Counted from the stretch's first letter, positions 12,260-25,520 are shown. The stretch is DNA of 64,000 nucleotides from Octopus sinensis (GCF_006345805.1 NC_043006.1:38254001-38318000), one strand, 5' to 3'. Notes: generated from the sequence alone by a model not told the origin. Program-made: numbers and translations.

Positions 12260-12829
12260 TTGGGTTGTCCGGAAAGTTCGAGCCAATATTTAAAGGAAAG
12301 AAAATGGTCAATAAATACTTGCCATTACATTTTTAATCAATCAAATACGAACCATTTTGTTGCACAATGCGTCTCCATCTTTCCTTTAACTTGAAAATGC
12401 CCTCTTCTCAGAATTGAGGTGGTTTCATGGCAAAGAATTCATCAAGGTATCTTTTTACATCATCCAAGGAATTGAAATTTTTACCATTAAGACTATTTTG
12501 CAGAGACCTGAATAAGTGGAAATCCGAAGAAGCAATATCTGGTGAAATGGGTGGGGTAGGTGGGGTAACAATCCCAGCCGAGCTGCAGCAATTTTGTCTG
12601 GTTCCCAAAGCATCAAATGCCGAAAATGAACTTTCTTATCTTCCATATTAAAAGGTTACAAAATTAACACAAGATTATAGGAATATAAACCTTCTTCCAC
12701 GAAAAGACAGCTTAAACTGTGCTCTAAATGGAGGTGTAATCAAATCCTATTTTATGGACTCAACCATGTTCTAAAATAAGTCGAAAAGTAAGCTACTATA
12801 AATCGACATGAACTTTCCGGACAACCCAA
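12260..12829 (-). mobile_element. Internally deleted mariner transposon with intact TIRs
   Basis: TIRs TTGGGTTGTCCGGAAAGTTC / GAACTTTCCGGACAACCCAA with TA on both sides. Minus strand encodes N-terminal MEDKKVHFRHLMLWE joined to C-terminal ..SPDIASSDFHLFRSLQNSLNGKNFNSLDDVKRYLDEFFAMKP (YSPDL-motif region). Confidence 0.92.
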
Positions 12830-13244
12830 TATTTTAAAAGTCCCATCTCTACTAAGTGTAGAAGCAGATATGTTATGTAAGATCAATATTGAGGACCTGA
12901 TCCAAAGACTTTACAATTAAATGTAGAAAACTAAAGTGGAAGTTTACTAAAATGAACATTATTTCCCATCTTCCTCTTAGTTTTACTTCATTTAAAAAAT
13001 TAAAAAAAACTATTTTATGGTTTATTATTTTTTTAATATTTTGAATTACATATATACGGGGGCAGCAAAGTTTTTTTAAATACTTAGCGCCGCTGTGGGT
13101 CTTAATCCGGCCCTGATTCAGCGACAGTAACTAAATGGTTCTCTGTCGGTTTCGACGATGAGTATTTAGCTATTCAATCAAGTGAATCACCTACTCATTG
13201 AATATGTCTCTAGGTGACCGAGTATTCAACCATTACAGGTTCTG

Positions 13245-13470
13245 TGGAGGTGCGTGGCTTAGTGGTTAGGGGTGTTGGACTCATGATCATAAAATTGTGG
13301 TTTCGATTCCTGGACCAGACAACGCGTCATGTTCTTGAACAAGACACTTCATTCAAGTTGCTCCAATCCATTCAGCTGGCAAAAATAAGTAACCCTGAGG
13401 TGGGCTGACGGCCTGCCCAGGGGTGGGGAGGGGGAATATATATGCCATGGAAACCGGCCCCATAAAGCTA
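13245..13470 (+). mobile_element. SINE family D
   Basis: GGAGGTGCGTGGCTTAGTGGTTAGGG A-box region, GGTTTCGATTCC B-box, GTTCTTGAACAAGACACTTCA. Confidence 0.7.
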
Positions 13471-14179
13471 TATGACTCGGGACAGATCTTTATCCTATCC
13501 TATCCTGTACAGAATCTCGCAACATAATCGTCAGGCGTAAGCAACACACTAGTGTGATAAGGTTAGGTCTTTAAATAAATCACATACTCAGCCTAATTAA
13601 TCCACGAACTTCTTAACAGTCTCTGCCAATACTTTTTTAAGTCACAAGGTTTTTAGTAAAAGGACTTGCTCAAGATACTGTGTAACGGGCTGGAATCCGG
13701 AAACTCGTGATTGTTGAGCGAACGGCTTTAGCATTCGGCACTGCTGTGTCTGCGAATTTCTAAGTACTCCTGTACGCGCGCACATACATACACACACACA
13801 TACATACACACACACATACATACACACATGCTTAAATACATGCAATTACATACTCACACAAACTTACATACACATACACACTCGCACAGATCACACACAT
13901 ACACACACACACACGCACACATACATATATATATATATATACATACACACACAAACACACGCAAACACGTGCATAGTCACAGACGAATACATATGTTTAT
14001 GCGTGTGTGTATGCTTTTCATGCATGGACGCACCTGTACAGAGATGAACTTCTTAGTGTACAGGTATATGCACATAAATACAAAAGCTCAGAAAAGCAAG
14101 GTGAAATACGAGAACAAATCTCTCCCCCACCCTCCCTCTTTCTCTCTCTCTCTCTCTCTTTCAGACACTCACACAAACA

Positions 14180-14705
14180 AATACGCGCATACACACATAT
14201 ACATTCACACACATACATACACATCTACATTCACACATGCACATATCTACATTCACACATATAATACACACATATACATCGACACACATACATACACACA
14301 TACATATTCACATACGTACATACAAGCATGCATTAACATTCGCATACATACATACACACATACATTCACACACATACATGTACACACATACATCCACACG
14401 CATACATACATATTCACACACGTACATACAAACATTTACATTCGCACACATACATACACACATATACATTCACACACATACATATACACATATACATTCG
14501 CACACATACATACACATATACACATTGACACAAATGCATTCACACGCGTACACACACACACATACACATTCACCCACATACATATACACATATACATTCA
14601 CGCCCATACATACACACATATATATTCACACACATACATACACACATATACATTCACGCCCATACATACACACATATACATTCACACACATACATACACA
14701 CACGT
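14180..14705. repeat. 28-bp minisatellite (CATATACATTCACACACATACATACACA)n
   Basis: ATTC anchor recurs at 14596, 14624, 14652 and 14680 (period 28). Confidence 0.8.
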
Positions 14706-15174
14706 TCTCCTACGTAGATGGATGCACGCATACACACACAACGAATCAACGATCAAAGTTCTGCGTGGTCGTTCACCCCATTAGGAATTGTTAAATCTTT
14801 TTTAAACTACTCCCCGTACCCCTACCATTTAGAAAAAAAAAACGACGTGCTATGAACAGTTGAAACGCCCATAAATTATAAGTCTGTTGCTCAGCATCGA
14901 CTCTGGCATAAGTAATAACAAGAACAACAACCATCAGCAATCTCAGCACGGATGGGCTTATAGGCTAAGAAGACATCTGTTCGACTGTGGTTGATACAGG
15001 GCTAAATATTAACGAGAGCAACTACAATTCGCTCATTTACACAAATAGCAACGTCTACGACGCTACGATTCTAAAGTCGACTATATAACGGGGCCTCTGT
15101 TATTTCGTAAGAGTTAGGTTTACGAAATCTCACCATCGACAAGAGCTGCTCCAGTCCAATCATCATCAATTTAT

Positions 15175-15237
15175 CATCATGGTCGTTCATCAAGGTCCTT
15201 CATTATCACCACCACCATCATCATCACCATCATCACT

Positions 15238-15280
<43 letters not shown>

Positions 15281-15290
15281 CTACCATCAT

Positions 15291-15343
<53 letters not shown>

Positions 15344-15365
15344 CCATCATCATCATCACCACCAC

Positions 15366-15409
<44 letters not shown>

Positions 15410-15460
15410 CTACCAGCACCACAACCACAATCACCACCATCGTCATCGTCATCATCATAA
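15175..15460. repeat. (CAT)n/(CAC)n trinucleotide array
   Basis: Direct reading; source of the poly-S, poly-D and poly-M pseudo-ORFs. Confidence 0.95.
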
Positions 15461-15958
15461 TGCAAATTAAACGATGAAAAAATATCTAAACATTGTCCTC
15501 AGTAAGTTAAATAAGTCATTTCCTAACTCACGACTAAAATACACTTATTTTTTCCTAAAGAGATCTAACAATATACATATTATTGCACCTTTCAAAGTTA
15601 TAATTAATGATGATTCTTAAATATTGTTCTTATGAAACATATATATTTGTATGTAGAATATCTCTCTTTATTTTGGGAAATTTTGGGGGTTATTTTGTTG
15701 GTGGAGGCGGTTTCTTTTATCCTCTTATAGGTATATTCTTTATCATCTTCTAATTTGCATTACTTTTCCAATTGAAATACAAATAAAACGAACCAAGCAT
15801 CTTTTTAATTTTTTGTCTCCATTTTATTTTATTGACTTTAATTTTATAAGAATATTTATACACATATATATGATGATCTTCCTATCAACAATATATTTGG
15901 TTAAACCCAGTTGGCAGCAGGATTTTTTTTAACAATCCATTACATGGATATTGCTTCC

Positions 15959-16012
<54 letters not shown>

Positions 16013-16178
16013 GTGTGGTGGGTGTGTGTATGTGTAAATGTGTGTAAATGTGTGCATATGTGCATGTATCTTGGTGCATATATATATTAGTCAGAAGATA
16101 TGAGAAGTGAATATGTATTTATTTAATCACGTAACTTCCTTAGAATTACGGCCATTTCGCATTCTTCTTTATGTAGTA

Positions 16179-16577
16179 CTAGCAGTATCGCCCGGCGTTG
16201 CTCGGGTTTGTAAGGGAAATAACTATATAAGCATTTTTAGAGATGTAAAGTATAATAGCCATCTCAATATGGCTAACCACAAAGGGGGGGGGGTGTTACT
16301 GTAGCTTTTTACGTTCTGAGATTTAATAATAAATTTTTAGAGAGTTACTTCCCTTATATATGCCAAAAGTGATTAAAAATGGGAAAAATTGATGGTAAAT
16401 CTTTTTTTTAAATCGTAGACTCATCGTAGACGCGCGCTAATACCCAGAAGGGCTCGATATGAATCACGACTATAAGATACCCGGTTTTGGTTAAACTGCA
16501 CCGCAAAATGTTGGAGTAGTTAGGAATCTAAATCGTAGGAGACAGACAGCACACAACCTCTCTTTTATATATAAAGA
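16179..16577 (-). mobile_element. Non-autonomous Helitron, same family as 4387-4780
   Basis: Reverse complement of 4387-4780 with both termini (A|CTAG..CCCGGCGTTGCTCGGG and ..TATATAAAGA|T). Confidence 0.85.
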
Positions 16578-17049
16578 TTTCAGTTTGGAAGAAATAATGC
16601 GTACATGTTTGCATTAATAAGTATGCTCGAAACATAATTCATATATATATATATATATATATAAATTGTGTTTCTTTATTCCTCACTTGCTTAAAGCTTC
16701 ATAAATCCGTTCGAATCACTGGGATTTTCTCAAAACTAGAGTTAACTTCGCGAAAATCACGGGGTTTTCAGGAGATTTAAAAAGCTGTTAAGCTCCTCAA
16801 CAGCAAAGAAATGTATGTAGCTAAACTTCTTGAGGTTTTTGAGTTACTTTGTTTAGACTGTGAAAGCCTTGTTTCTAGGAAAACATAAGCTGACTTGTAT
16901 ATTCTATACGTAAAAGTCACTCGTAAGCGGATATGTGGCTTGTATCCCATTTTCATCAATTGCTAGAGCTAGCGTAGCGATACGAGGTGGCATAAAATTC
17001 ATCCCAGCCACTCTGTACGTATTATACATATGTGTGCGTGCGCGTGTAT

Positions 17050-17340
17050 GCATTACTGGCACTCCGTCCGTTACGACGACGCGGGTTGCAGTTGGTCCGA
17101 TCAGCAAGTGGCTGAGTACTCCACAGACACGCGTACCTCTAACGTAGTTCTCAGAGAGACTCAGCGTGACACAGAATGTGATAAAACTTGCTCGGGGAAT
17201 TACAGGTACAATTCATTTTTGCCAGCTGAGTGGACTAGAGTAACGTGAAATAAAACGTCTTGCTCAAGGGCACAACGCGCTGCCGGGAATCGAATTCACG
17301 ACCTTACGATCGTGAGCCGAATACCCTAACCACTAACCCC
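17050..17340 (-). mobile_element. SINE family C/D
   Basis: TGGCACTCCGTCCGTTACGACGACG tail through GGGAATCGAATTCACGACC..ACCCTAACCACTAA head. Confidence 0.75.
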
Positions 17341-17777
17341 CACCACCATATATAAATAGTAGAAGACACCTGCAGCTGAAAAGAGTTCAAAGTGCATCTG
17401 CTTACGGAATGGAAATAGATTTCAAAGGCCATAATTTCTTTGGTTGAACTGGCTACAACAACTACGGTACTTTGGCTTTAGGGCACGTTAACCATTCAAG
17501 ATGGCCACAATGAAACCTGTATCACAGAATTTGGCAGCAGAGAACTTATGACCTAGATGTCACCCGACCCCCTTAGGGAGCTAAGGTCCGAAGCAGTTCT
17601 ATAAATGGAGTCTGAAAACCTTTTGCTGTTCAACTTTCCCTAAAGGTTTTAATTATCTAGAAGTATATCATTTACAAGAAATGACCCGAAGCTGGTATTT
17701 AATATATACATCGTTATAACCTACATTCCATATATTTAATATATACTTGCAGAATAATATTATTTAATCTTTTATAG

Positions 17778-17810
17778 AAAATGTTTTGGGAGGATTTGTC
17801 CCAAAGAAAA
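17778..17810 (+). other. Candidate 33-nt micro-exon of an unidentified gene
   Basis: TCTTTTATAG|AAAATG..AAGAAAA|GTAAGT; length divisible by 3 and all three frames open. No homology recognised. Confidence 0.2.
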
Positions 17811-18221
17811 GTAAGTACAAGTTTTATATAAGTTGTTTTAATCTTTTATTGAAGTTAAAGCATTAAAAACTTCTGAGTTTGTTCTTTGAAGATTCCTCTA
17901 AGTACATTTACTAAATCCGTGGTAAGCTTGCGCTGTCAGAAATGACAGAGATTCATAAATACAATGAAATTTATTCATATTTCTAACTTATGCCAATGCG
18001 GGAGAGTCTGCGGAGATTCCTGACCATAGTTTAGGTTCTTTGGTAAATATCTGAATTATATCAACAAGTATCTTTAAAAGTTTTTCCCGAAAATAATATA
18101 TAAATACACGTACATACATATACGAATACGTTTTATATATACACACAGATACATAGGTTTATATATATCCATATATATATATAGAGAGAGAGATCGAAAT
18201 AGAGAAGTGTATGTATATGTG

Positions 18222-18293
<72 letters not shown>

Positions 18294-18439
18294 TATATAT
18301 AATATATATATATATATATGTATGTATGTATGTATGTGTACGCACATACACCAAAACACACAGACACACGTACACATACACACATACACATACACTCATT
18401 TGAAAAACTGATTCTTAATTCAATATTATTAATTATACA

Positions 18440-19060
18440 AAAGATCTTAGAATGAAGCAGTTTAAACCGGGCCTTGCAGAAGAGATTTTGCGTAATTGCT
18501 TTCCCTGTCTTTATCTTTTCGAACCAACGTTATCATCTTCATTGCAATAATTTTGCTCGTTCGCAGTTGTCACTATTTCCGGTTTATTGAAAATATTCTT
18601 CTTTCGCTTTTCGTTAGTATTCATTCCTGTCATTTGTTTTGAAAAGGTAATATTTTGAATTTCTCATTCAATCAAATGTCTCCAAGTTCTCCACATTAAC
18701 ATTCCTAACAAGCAGATTCTGGATTTGTTCGTTCTTTTTAGTTTTCTTTCTGTTTGGCCGATATAGTTCCCACGGTATTATTTGATATTATTCAGTTTAG
18801 TCAAATCATACATCCCACTACAAAGGCTTTCACATTTTGTTACCTGCGTTATTTCTTTTGATGTAGAATTCGTCTTTGCAAAGGTTGCAATATTCGACTG
18901 TAATATTTTCCCTCAGATTTCATGTCTAGTGTAGAATTGGAAGGCATCTTTAAGCTGACAAAGAGAATATTTCTGCTTATGTTTCCCTCCTCACAGTGAG
19001 ATCTTTTCTTAAATCAATGATTAGGGTATATTTATATCAGAGTTACAGGAACTTTAAACC
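18440..19060 (-). pseudogene. Penelope-like element 3' fragment (linker + GIY-YIG endonuclease), decayed
   Basis: Minus strand: ..STSKEITQVTKCESLC.., GNYIGQTERKLKR (YIGQT at 18751-18765), ..KFKILPF.., ..KEEYF.. Confidence 0.7.
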
Positions 19061-19084
19061 TCATTTCAGAAAGAATAAATGTAC

Positions 19085-20510
19085 AGACGATCCTGGCTAA
19101 TTGCGATGTGACCAATCGCTACACAAATAATCCCACTGATTAGGATTGGAAGCAGTGGAATTTTAGACAATACTTGCTGTAATTCTGAAGAGATCTTCAA
19201 AGAATTCATGCCAGAAGGATACGGCTGGTGCTAGAAAATAACCAATTCTTACTTGATAACAAAAATTACTTTCAAATTATAATTAAAATAATGAGTACGA
19301 CAGTTACACCTACTTTTACAATATTTGCGTGGAGGCACACTGGCCCAGTGGTTAGGACAGCGGACTCGCGGTCGTAGGATTGCAGTTTCGATTCCCAGAC
19401 CCGGCGTTATGGGTGTTTATTGAGCGAAAACACCTTAAGCTCCACGAGGCACCGGCAAGTGGGGGACACCCCGCTATACTTCTTCCCCACAACTTTCCCT
19501 CACTCTTTCTTCCTGTTTCTGTTGTACCTGTATTTGAAAGGGCCAGCCTTCTCACTCTCTGTGTCATGCTGAATCTCTCTGAGAACTACGTTAAGGGTAC
19601 ACGTGTCTGTGGAGTGCTCAGCCACTTGCACGTTAATTTCACGAGCAGGCTGTTTCGTTGATCGGATCAACTGGAACCTTCGTCGTCGTAACCGACGGAG
19701 TGCCACAACAATACTAGTGATAGGATTTTTGGAAGAAAATTCTATCCGACCTGAGATTATTTGTGACCAGCAGTTTCAATCCCATAAAAAAAAATTGGAA
19801 AAGATTCTAGGATGGTTGTTTCCTATTTTGGAACAAAAATATAAAACATCTCAGAAGATTCTATAAATTCACGTATCGATCCTTTTCACAATAGAAACGA
19901 AAAATATTCTGGGCATTTTGAAAATTAAAGAAAATGAAACAATTATAACTGATCTCTACTTGTGAAGACACGAACACACATTAATATTTAGGCTTTTGCA
20001 ATCTATCTCATGCTAAAAGAAATATCCCATTTAATATAGCAAGTCGTACATGTACAATAGTCACAAACTCAGCCAGAAGAGAAAGGTGACCGAAAGAACT
20101 GAAGATATTCATCCTGTGTCAAACATATCCGACAAACGTAATAAATAATGTTGTAACCTGGGTAAAACAAATCCATATTCCTAACTTCCGAGGAAACTCT
20201 TACAATGAGAAGGAAGCAGAAATATTCCATTTGTCATTGTTCACCATCCAAGAAACCACAATATCTTACTTTCGACCAAAGAATGTCTTTCATTGTTATA
20301 TCAGACATCAAATCTAAGCGAAGACATTATACAGTCACAAATTATTAAGGATCGAAAATAACTTCCAAATGTTAAAATACTCTTAAAAAACTCCAGAAAA
20401 GGTAAAATTCACACCGACAGAAGAAATAATACAGGTAAGAAAATATGAAGATCTTCGTTGGGTGTGTGATTTGGTACAACAGAGTAAAATGAAAAATGAT
20501 TTAGAATGTA
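19085..20510 (+). pseudogene. Penelope-like (Neptune-like) RT, decayed and interrupted by a SINE
   Basis: ILANCDVTNRYTNNP (motif A, DVTNLYTNIP-like, at 19102); DNKNYFQI; IMSTTVTPTF (AMGTK.AP.Y-like); after the SINE LVIGFLEE, ITDLY..TH.YL, KRNIPFNIASRTCTIVTNS..KELKIFI..TYP, IPFVIVHHPRN. Confidence 0.8.
19330..19707 (+). mobile_element. SINE family C, full length, inserted in the PLE RT
   Basis: TGGCCCAGTGGTTAGG A-box, GTTTCGATTCC B-box, tail GTCGTCGTAACCGACGGAGTGCCA. Candidate TSD ACAATA at 19318-19323 and 19708-19713. Confidence 0.85.
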
Positions 20511-20627
20511 GAAGATGTGCTTATTTCTAGTTAGATATGAAGGATTAATATGGGAGTATGAAAAATAGAAATAAAGCTAGACTGGGACATAGTTGTGACT
20601 CCGATGTAACATGTTATGAGAAAATGT

Positions 20628-20821
20628 ATCGTGGATGTGCGGTAAGATCTTTGCTTCCTAAGCACATGGTTCCGAGTTCAGCCCCAGTGTATGCCACCTT
20701 GGGAAATTGTATTCTGCTATGGCTCCAAGCCAATCAAAGCCTTGTGAGGGGATTTGGTTGATGGAAACTGAAAGAAGCCTTCGGTTTATGGATATGTGTG
20801 TGGGACGTGTGTGTGTATGCA

Positions 20822-20857
<36 letters not shown>

Positions 20858-21060
20858 TGTGTGTGTGAGCCTGTGGTCTTGTGTTTGTTCTGATGGACAG
20901 TCAGTGTTGGTTTGTTTATGTCCCTGTTCGGCAAAACGAGATAGAATAAGTATCAAGCTTAAAACAGTACTAGGATCGATTTGTTCAACTAAATCTTCCA
21001 AAGCAGGTGCCCCAGCATGGCCACAGTCCAATGACTGGGACAAGTAAACGATAACAGATT
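20628..21060 (+). mobile_element. SINE family B, full length
   Basis: Head GTGCGGTAAGATCTTTGCTTCC; tail GGTGCCCCAGCATGGCCACAGTCCAATGACTGGGAC. Confidence 0.8.
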
Positions 21061-21362
21061 AAAAGTGTATTGCACCTACGCTAATTATCCAACCACACAT
21101 CAGTAGTAAACACGTTACTTTCACCTTTTAACCACAAACCAAAGGAACGCGTACAGGTACCTATGTCTCCTTTGTAACAGATCGATATTTTAACTTCAAT
21201 TTCCTGTCTCCAATTATTTTTTTCTTTTCAGAAGCATTTATTCATTGTTATCAGTAGTAGTGATGGTAGTAGTAGTAGTTGTAGTGGTGGTGGTGATAAT
21301 GGTGGTGATGGAGGTGGTGTAGTGGTAGTGGTGGTAGTAGTAGTGTTAGTGGTGGTGATGGA

Positions 21363-21462
21363 NNNNNNNNNNNNNNNNNNNNNNNNNNNNNNNNNNNNNN
21401 NNNNNNNNNNNNNNNNNNNNNNNNNNNNNNNNNNNNNNNNNNNNNNNNNNNNNNNNNNNNNN
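21363..21462. other. Assembly gap (100 N)
   Basis: Run of N between (TAG/TGG)n and (TAGA)n microsatellites. Confidence 1.
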
Positions 21463-21860
21463 ATAGATAGATAGTAGATAGATATGTTCTTTATTAGCCA
21501 CACAGGGCTGACACAGATAGAACAAATTACAAGGTAGAGCTTTCTTTTGAAGGTTTAAAAAAAAAAAATAAATAAAAATAAAAATAGATAGATAGATAGA
21601 TAGATATACATTCATAGAAATATATAAATAGATATATATATATATACATACAGACAGAGGTACACGGATTTGCAGACAGACTAATAACTTCTGGTGCGGC
21701 TTAATTAATCTTAATAGAGTCTCATATTTTCGCAATAGTAATGTTTTACGGAGCGTATTTATTGTATAATAAATGCTAGAAGGGGCGGGCTGCAAAGTTT
21801 TTCAGGGTGTGGCTAAGTCACCCCTGGCCTCCACTTGCCTACAACACACACACACACACA

Positions 21861-21907
<47 letters not shown>

Positions 21908-22057
21908 TATATAAATACGTAAGGGCGAGAGCGTGTGGTTTTCGTTTGTTTGTCTAGTTATACGAGTTTGTATTCTTTCTTCAGCCTTTACGGCTGTGTA
22001 TATTTTTGCTGCCGTATACACCCTTCTCTGTCTCCCCACCTCTCTCTCTCGCACTGT

Positions 22058-22091
<34 letters not shown>

Positions 22092-22424
22092 TCGTGTGTC
22101 TGTGTGTGCCCTTGCGTGCCCGTACAAGCACGTGCGCGTGTATGAATGCATAATTACGAGAGGAGAGTAGTAGTAGTAGGAGGAGGAGGAGCGGTTTGAA
22201 TCGGTGCGAGTTAATTTCACTACACTTTACAATGTTGCATATAGCACTTCTGTTGCTGGTATTTATGTTGGCTGCTTCTGCTGCCGTTGATGCAGCATCG
22301 TGCATCTTGATACTGCTGTCGATGATGTTGTTGCTGCTGCTGTCGATGATGCACATGCATATGCAGTCATCATTATCAGTTTTAAGGCCGCGAAAAAGCG
22401 GCGCGCGACGGAATCTTTAGCTTT

Positions 22425-22877
22425 TATTCTGCTATTCTTTTACTTGTTTGAGTCATTTGACCGCGGCCATGCTGGAGCACGGCCTTTAGTCGAACAAATC
22501 GATCCCATCACTTATTATTTGTAAGCCTAGTACTTATTCTGTCGGCGGCCTCTTTTTGCTGAATCGCTAATGACGGGGGCGTAAACACACCAACATCGGT
22601 TGCCAAACAATGGTGGGAGGATAAAGACAAACACAAATACACAATTACGTAGTACATACATACATACACACATACACACACATACACACTCACACACACA
22701 TATAGATATATATATATACGACGGGCTTCTTTCAGTTTCCGTCTACCAAATCCACTCATAAGGCTTTGGTCAGCCCGAGGCTATGGTAGAAGACACTTGC
22801 CCAAGTTGCCGCGCAATAAGACTGAATCCGGAACCATGTGATTGGTAAACAAGCTTCTTACCACACAGCCACTTCTG
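22425..22877 (-). mobile_element. SINE family B, full length
   Basis: Reverse complement of the 8836-9285 type element. Confidence 0.8.
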
Positions 22878-24352
22878 CGCCATTTCGTCCGTCTTCATGT
22901 TCTGAGTTCGAATTTCGCCGAGGTCGACTTTGCCTTTCATACTTTCCGGGTTGATAAAATAAATACCAGTGGGTGCAGGGGTCGATGTAATCGACTTACC
23001 CCCATATCAATAAACAGCTGGTTTTGGACCAACATTTCAAACCAATAGTTCTTGCGACTCTTTATGTCCTGAGTTCAATTTCCGTTGACGTCGGCTTTGC
23101 CATTCATCCTTTCCGGGATCGATAAAATAAGGACCAGCTGAGCGCTGGGTCGATCTAATCGACTTACTGCCTTCCCTAAAATTGTTTTTCTTAAGCCTAT
23201 AATCCTTTCTACTAAAAGCTCAAAACTTGAAATTTGGCGGGAAGGGAGTAGTCGATTACATTGACCCGAGTATTTCACTAGTACTTAATTTATCGAGCCC
23301 GAAAGGATTTAAGTCAAAGTCAACCCCGGCAGAATTTGAACTCAGAACGTAGCAGCAAACGAAATACCTATTTCTTAACTACCCACAAGGGGCTAAACAC
23401 AGAGAGGACAAACAAGGACAGATAAACGGATTAAGTCGATTATATCGACTCCAGTGCGTAATTGGTACTTATTTAATCGGCCCCGAAAGGATGAAAGGCA
23501 AAGTGGTTCCAGGCGGAATTTGAAATGACAACATAATAATCCTTGGCGAGCTGGCAGAAACGCTAACACGCCGAGCGAAATGCTTAGCAGTATTTCGTCT
23601 GTCATTACATTCTGAGTTCAAATTCCGCCGAGGTCGACTTTGCCTTTCATCCTTCCGGGGTCGATAAATTAAGTATCAGCTGCGTACTAGGTCGATCTAA
23701 TCGACTGGCTCCCTCCCCCAAAATTTCTGGCCTTGTGCCTAGAGTAGAAAAGAATCGTTAGCATGCCAGTTAGAATGCTTAGCGGCATTTCGTCCGTCCT
23801 TACGTTCTGAGTTCAAATTCCGCCCAGATCGACTTTGACTTTCGCCTTTTCGGGGTCGATAAAATAAGTACAAGTCAAGTATTGGGGTCGATTTAATCGA
23901 CTAGTTCCCTCCCACCTTAATAATCCCAGCTTAATAATAATAGGTACAAAGGATTATTAAGGTGGCAAAAAGCGGCGCGCTGGCAGAATTGTTAGCACGT
24001 CGGACAAAATGCTTAGCGGTATTTCGTCTGCCGTTACGTTCTGAGTTCAAGTTCCGCTGAGGTCGACTTTGCCTTTCATCCTTTCGGGGTCGATTAAATA
24101 AGTACCAGTACTGGGGTCGATATAATCGACTTAATCCGTTTGTCTGTCCTTGTTTGTCCTCTCTGTGTTTAGCTCCTTGCGGGTAGTAAAGAAATAGGTA
24201 TTTCGTCCATCTTTACGATCTGAGCTCAAATTTCGCCGAAGTCGACTTTACCTTGCATAATTTCAGGGTCGATGAGAATAAATACAAGTCAAGTACCGGA
24301 GACGAACTGATCGATTTCCCCCTCCCCTCAAAAACTGTCCCAGTGCCAGGAT
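22878..24352. mobile_element. Dense nested cluster of 7-8 SINE family A copies in both orientations
   Basis: Repeated GTTCTGAGTTCAAATTCCGCCGAGGTCGAC cores at about 22900, 23070, 23335 (minus), 23515 (minus), 23610, 23805, 24040 and 24215. Confidence 0.85.
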
Positions 24353-24770
24353 TTGAACCCGTTGTCATGATTATTATTTGATATTTTTATAGTTTCAGAC
24401 AAATGTCTACTGCATCACCTGCTGCAACTCCGTGTTGCTGAGGTGTGAACAGAATTTTTTTTTGGTTGGGGTGGGGAGCAGAATCTTCCCGGCATTGTGT
24501 TGCATCAGTTTGATTTGTTAAGAGGTTTGACTGTAGTCTTGTGTTGCATTAGTGCTTGTATTGTGTGTTGTGTAATCAGAGTTGAGTTCTGTCGGGTATC
24601 AGACCTGTAGAGTACATGTTGGGGGAGTAGTAGTTGTAGTAGAAGAAGAAGAAATGTGTTGCGAATCAATGTGTTGCGCCGTGTCTAATATCATTCACAT
24701 CACTTTGTGAGCTGTTAAGAGGTCACACCGTCTGCTAGAAATAAGAGTCATTGGTTAAGATTGTCCTTTG

Positions 24771-24842
<72 letters not shown>

Positions 24843-25244
24843 AAGAATGTCTTGCACCCCGGACGCATTTGATCAAAGGTAAGTGCGGTAAATGCTGGCT
24901 TGGAGGGGTTAAATAACAGCATGAACAATAGCAGCAACTTCAGACAACATACCTGAAGTCCGACTTCACACAACAAAGCCTACTTACCCTCCAGGCTATT
25001 TCGATAGTAGCATAATTTTAATCATTGAAGTCAGCAATGTCGACGACAAATAAAATTTCCCATTCAAAGAATTTCATTTATGTTTTACATTCTTCGATAG
25101 TCGAGTCAAAGTAGATGTCTTAACGTGGTAGCTCAACTTTGTAGAAATAGCAACAAAATTTCCCTCAGATTACCAACGTATCATCGCAAAAATGAAAGGA
25201 GACGTTGAATAATGTGATTCAGTATGCATTATCACATAATCACG

Positions 25245-25520
25245 TGATCAAGCAGGCTATCAGATGTTGTTATACATCGCTGGTCACGATGCGATTTGCA
25301 CCGTTTTAAATTTCGAAAATGCCACGCAGCTGGCTAGGCGAGCAGACCAACGTCCCCGCTGATTGGAAGGCTAGTCCGTTTCAGGGTTACCCATTTACAG
25401 CAACGTGAAATGAATGAAGTGTCTTGCTGAAGAGGATAACGCATCGTCTGGTTTAGGAATCGGACCCACGATCGCTAGTTCATGAGTTCAACACTCTAAC
25501 CACTGACCCACGCACCTTCA
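25245..25520 (-). mobile_element. SINE family D
   Basis: GAATGAAGTGTCTTGCTGAAG..GGAATCGGACCCACGATC..CTCTAACCACTGACCCACGCACC. Confidence 0.65.

Noticed and set aside
13828-14794. 318-aa and 185-aa His/Thr/Tyr-rich ORFs
   Set aside because: Read-through of the CA/TA-derived 28-bp minisatellite.
15177-15465. Poly-Met, poly-Ser and poly-Asp ORFs
   Set aside because: Three frames of a (CAT)n array.
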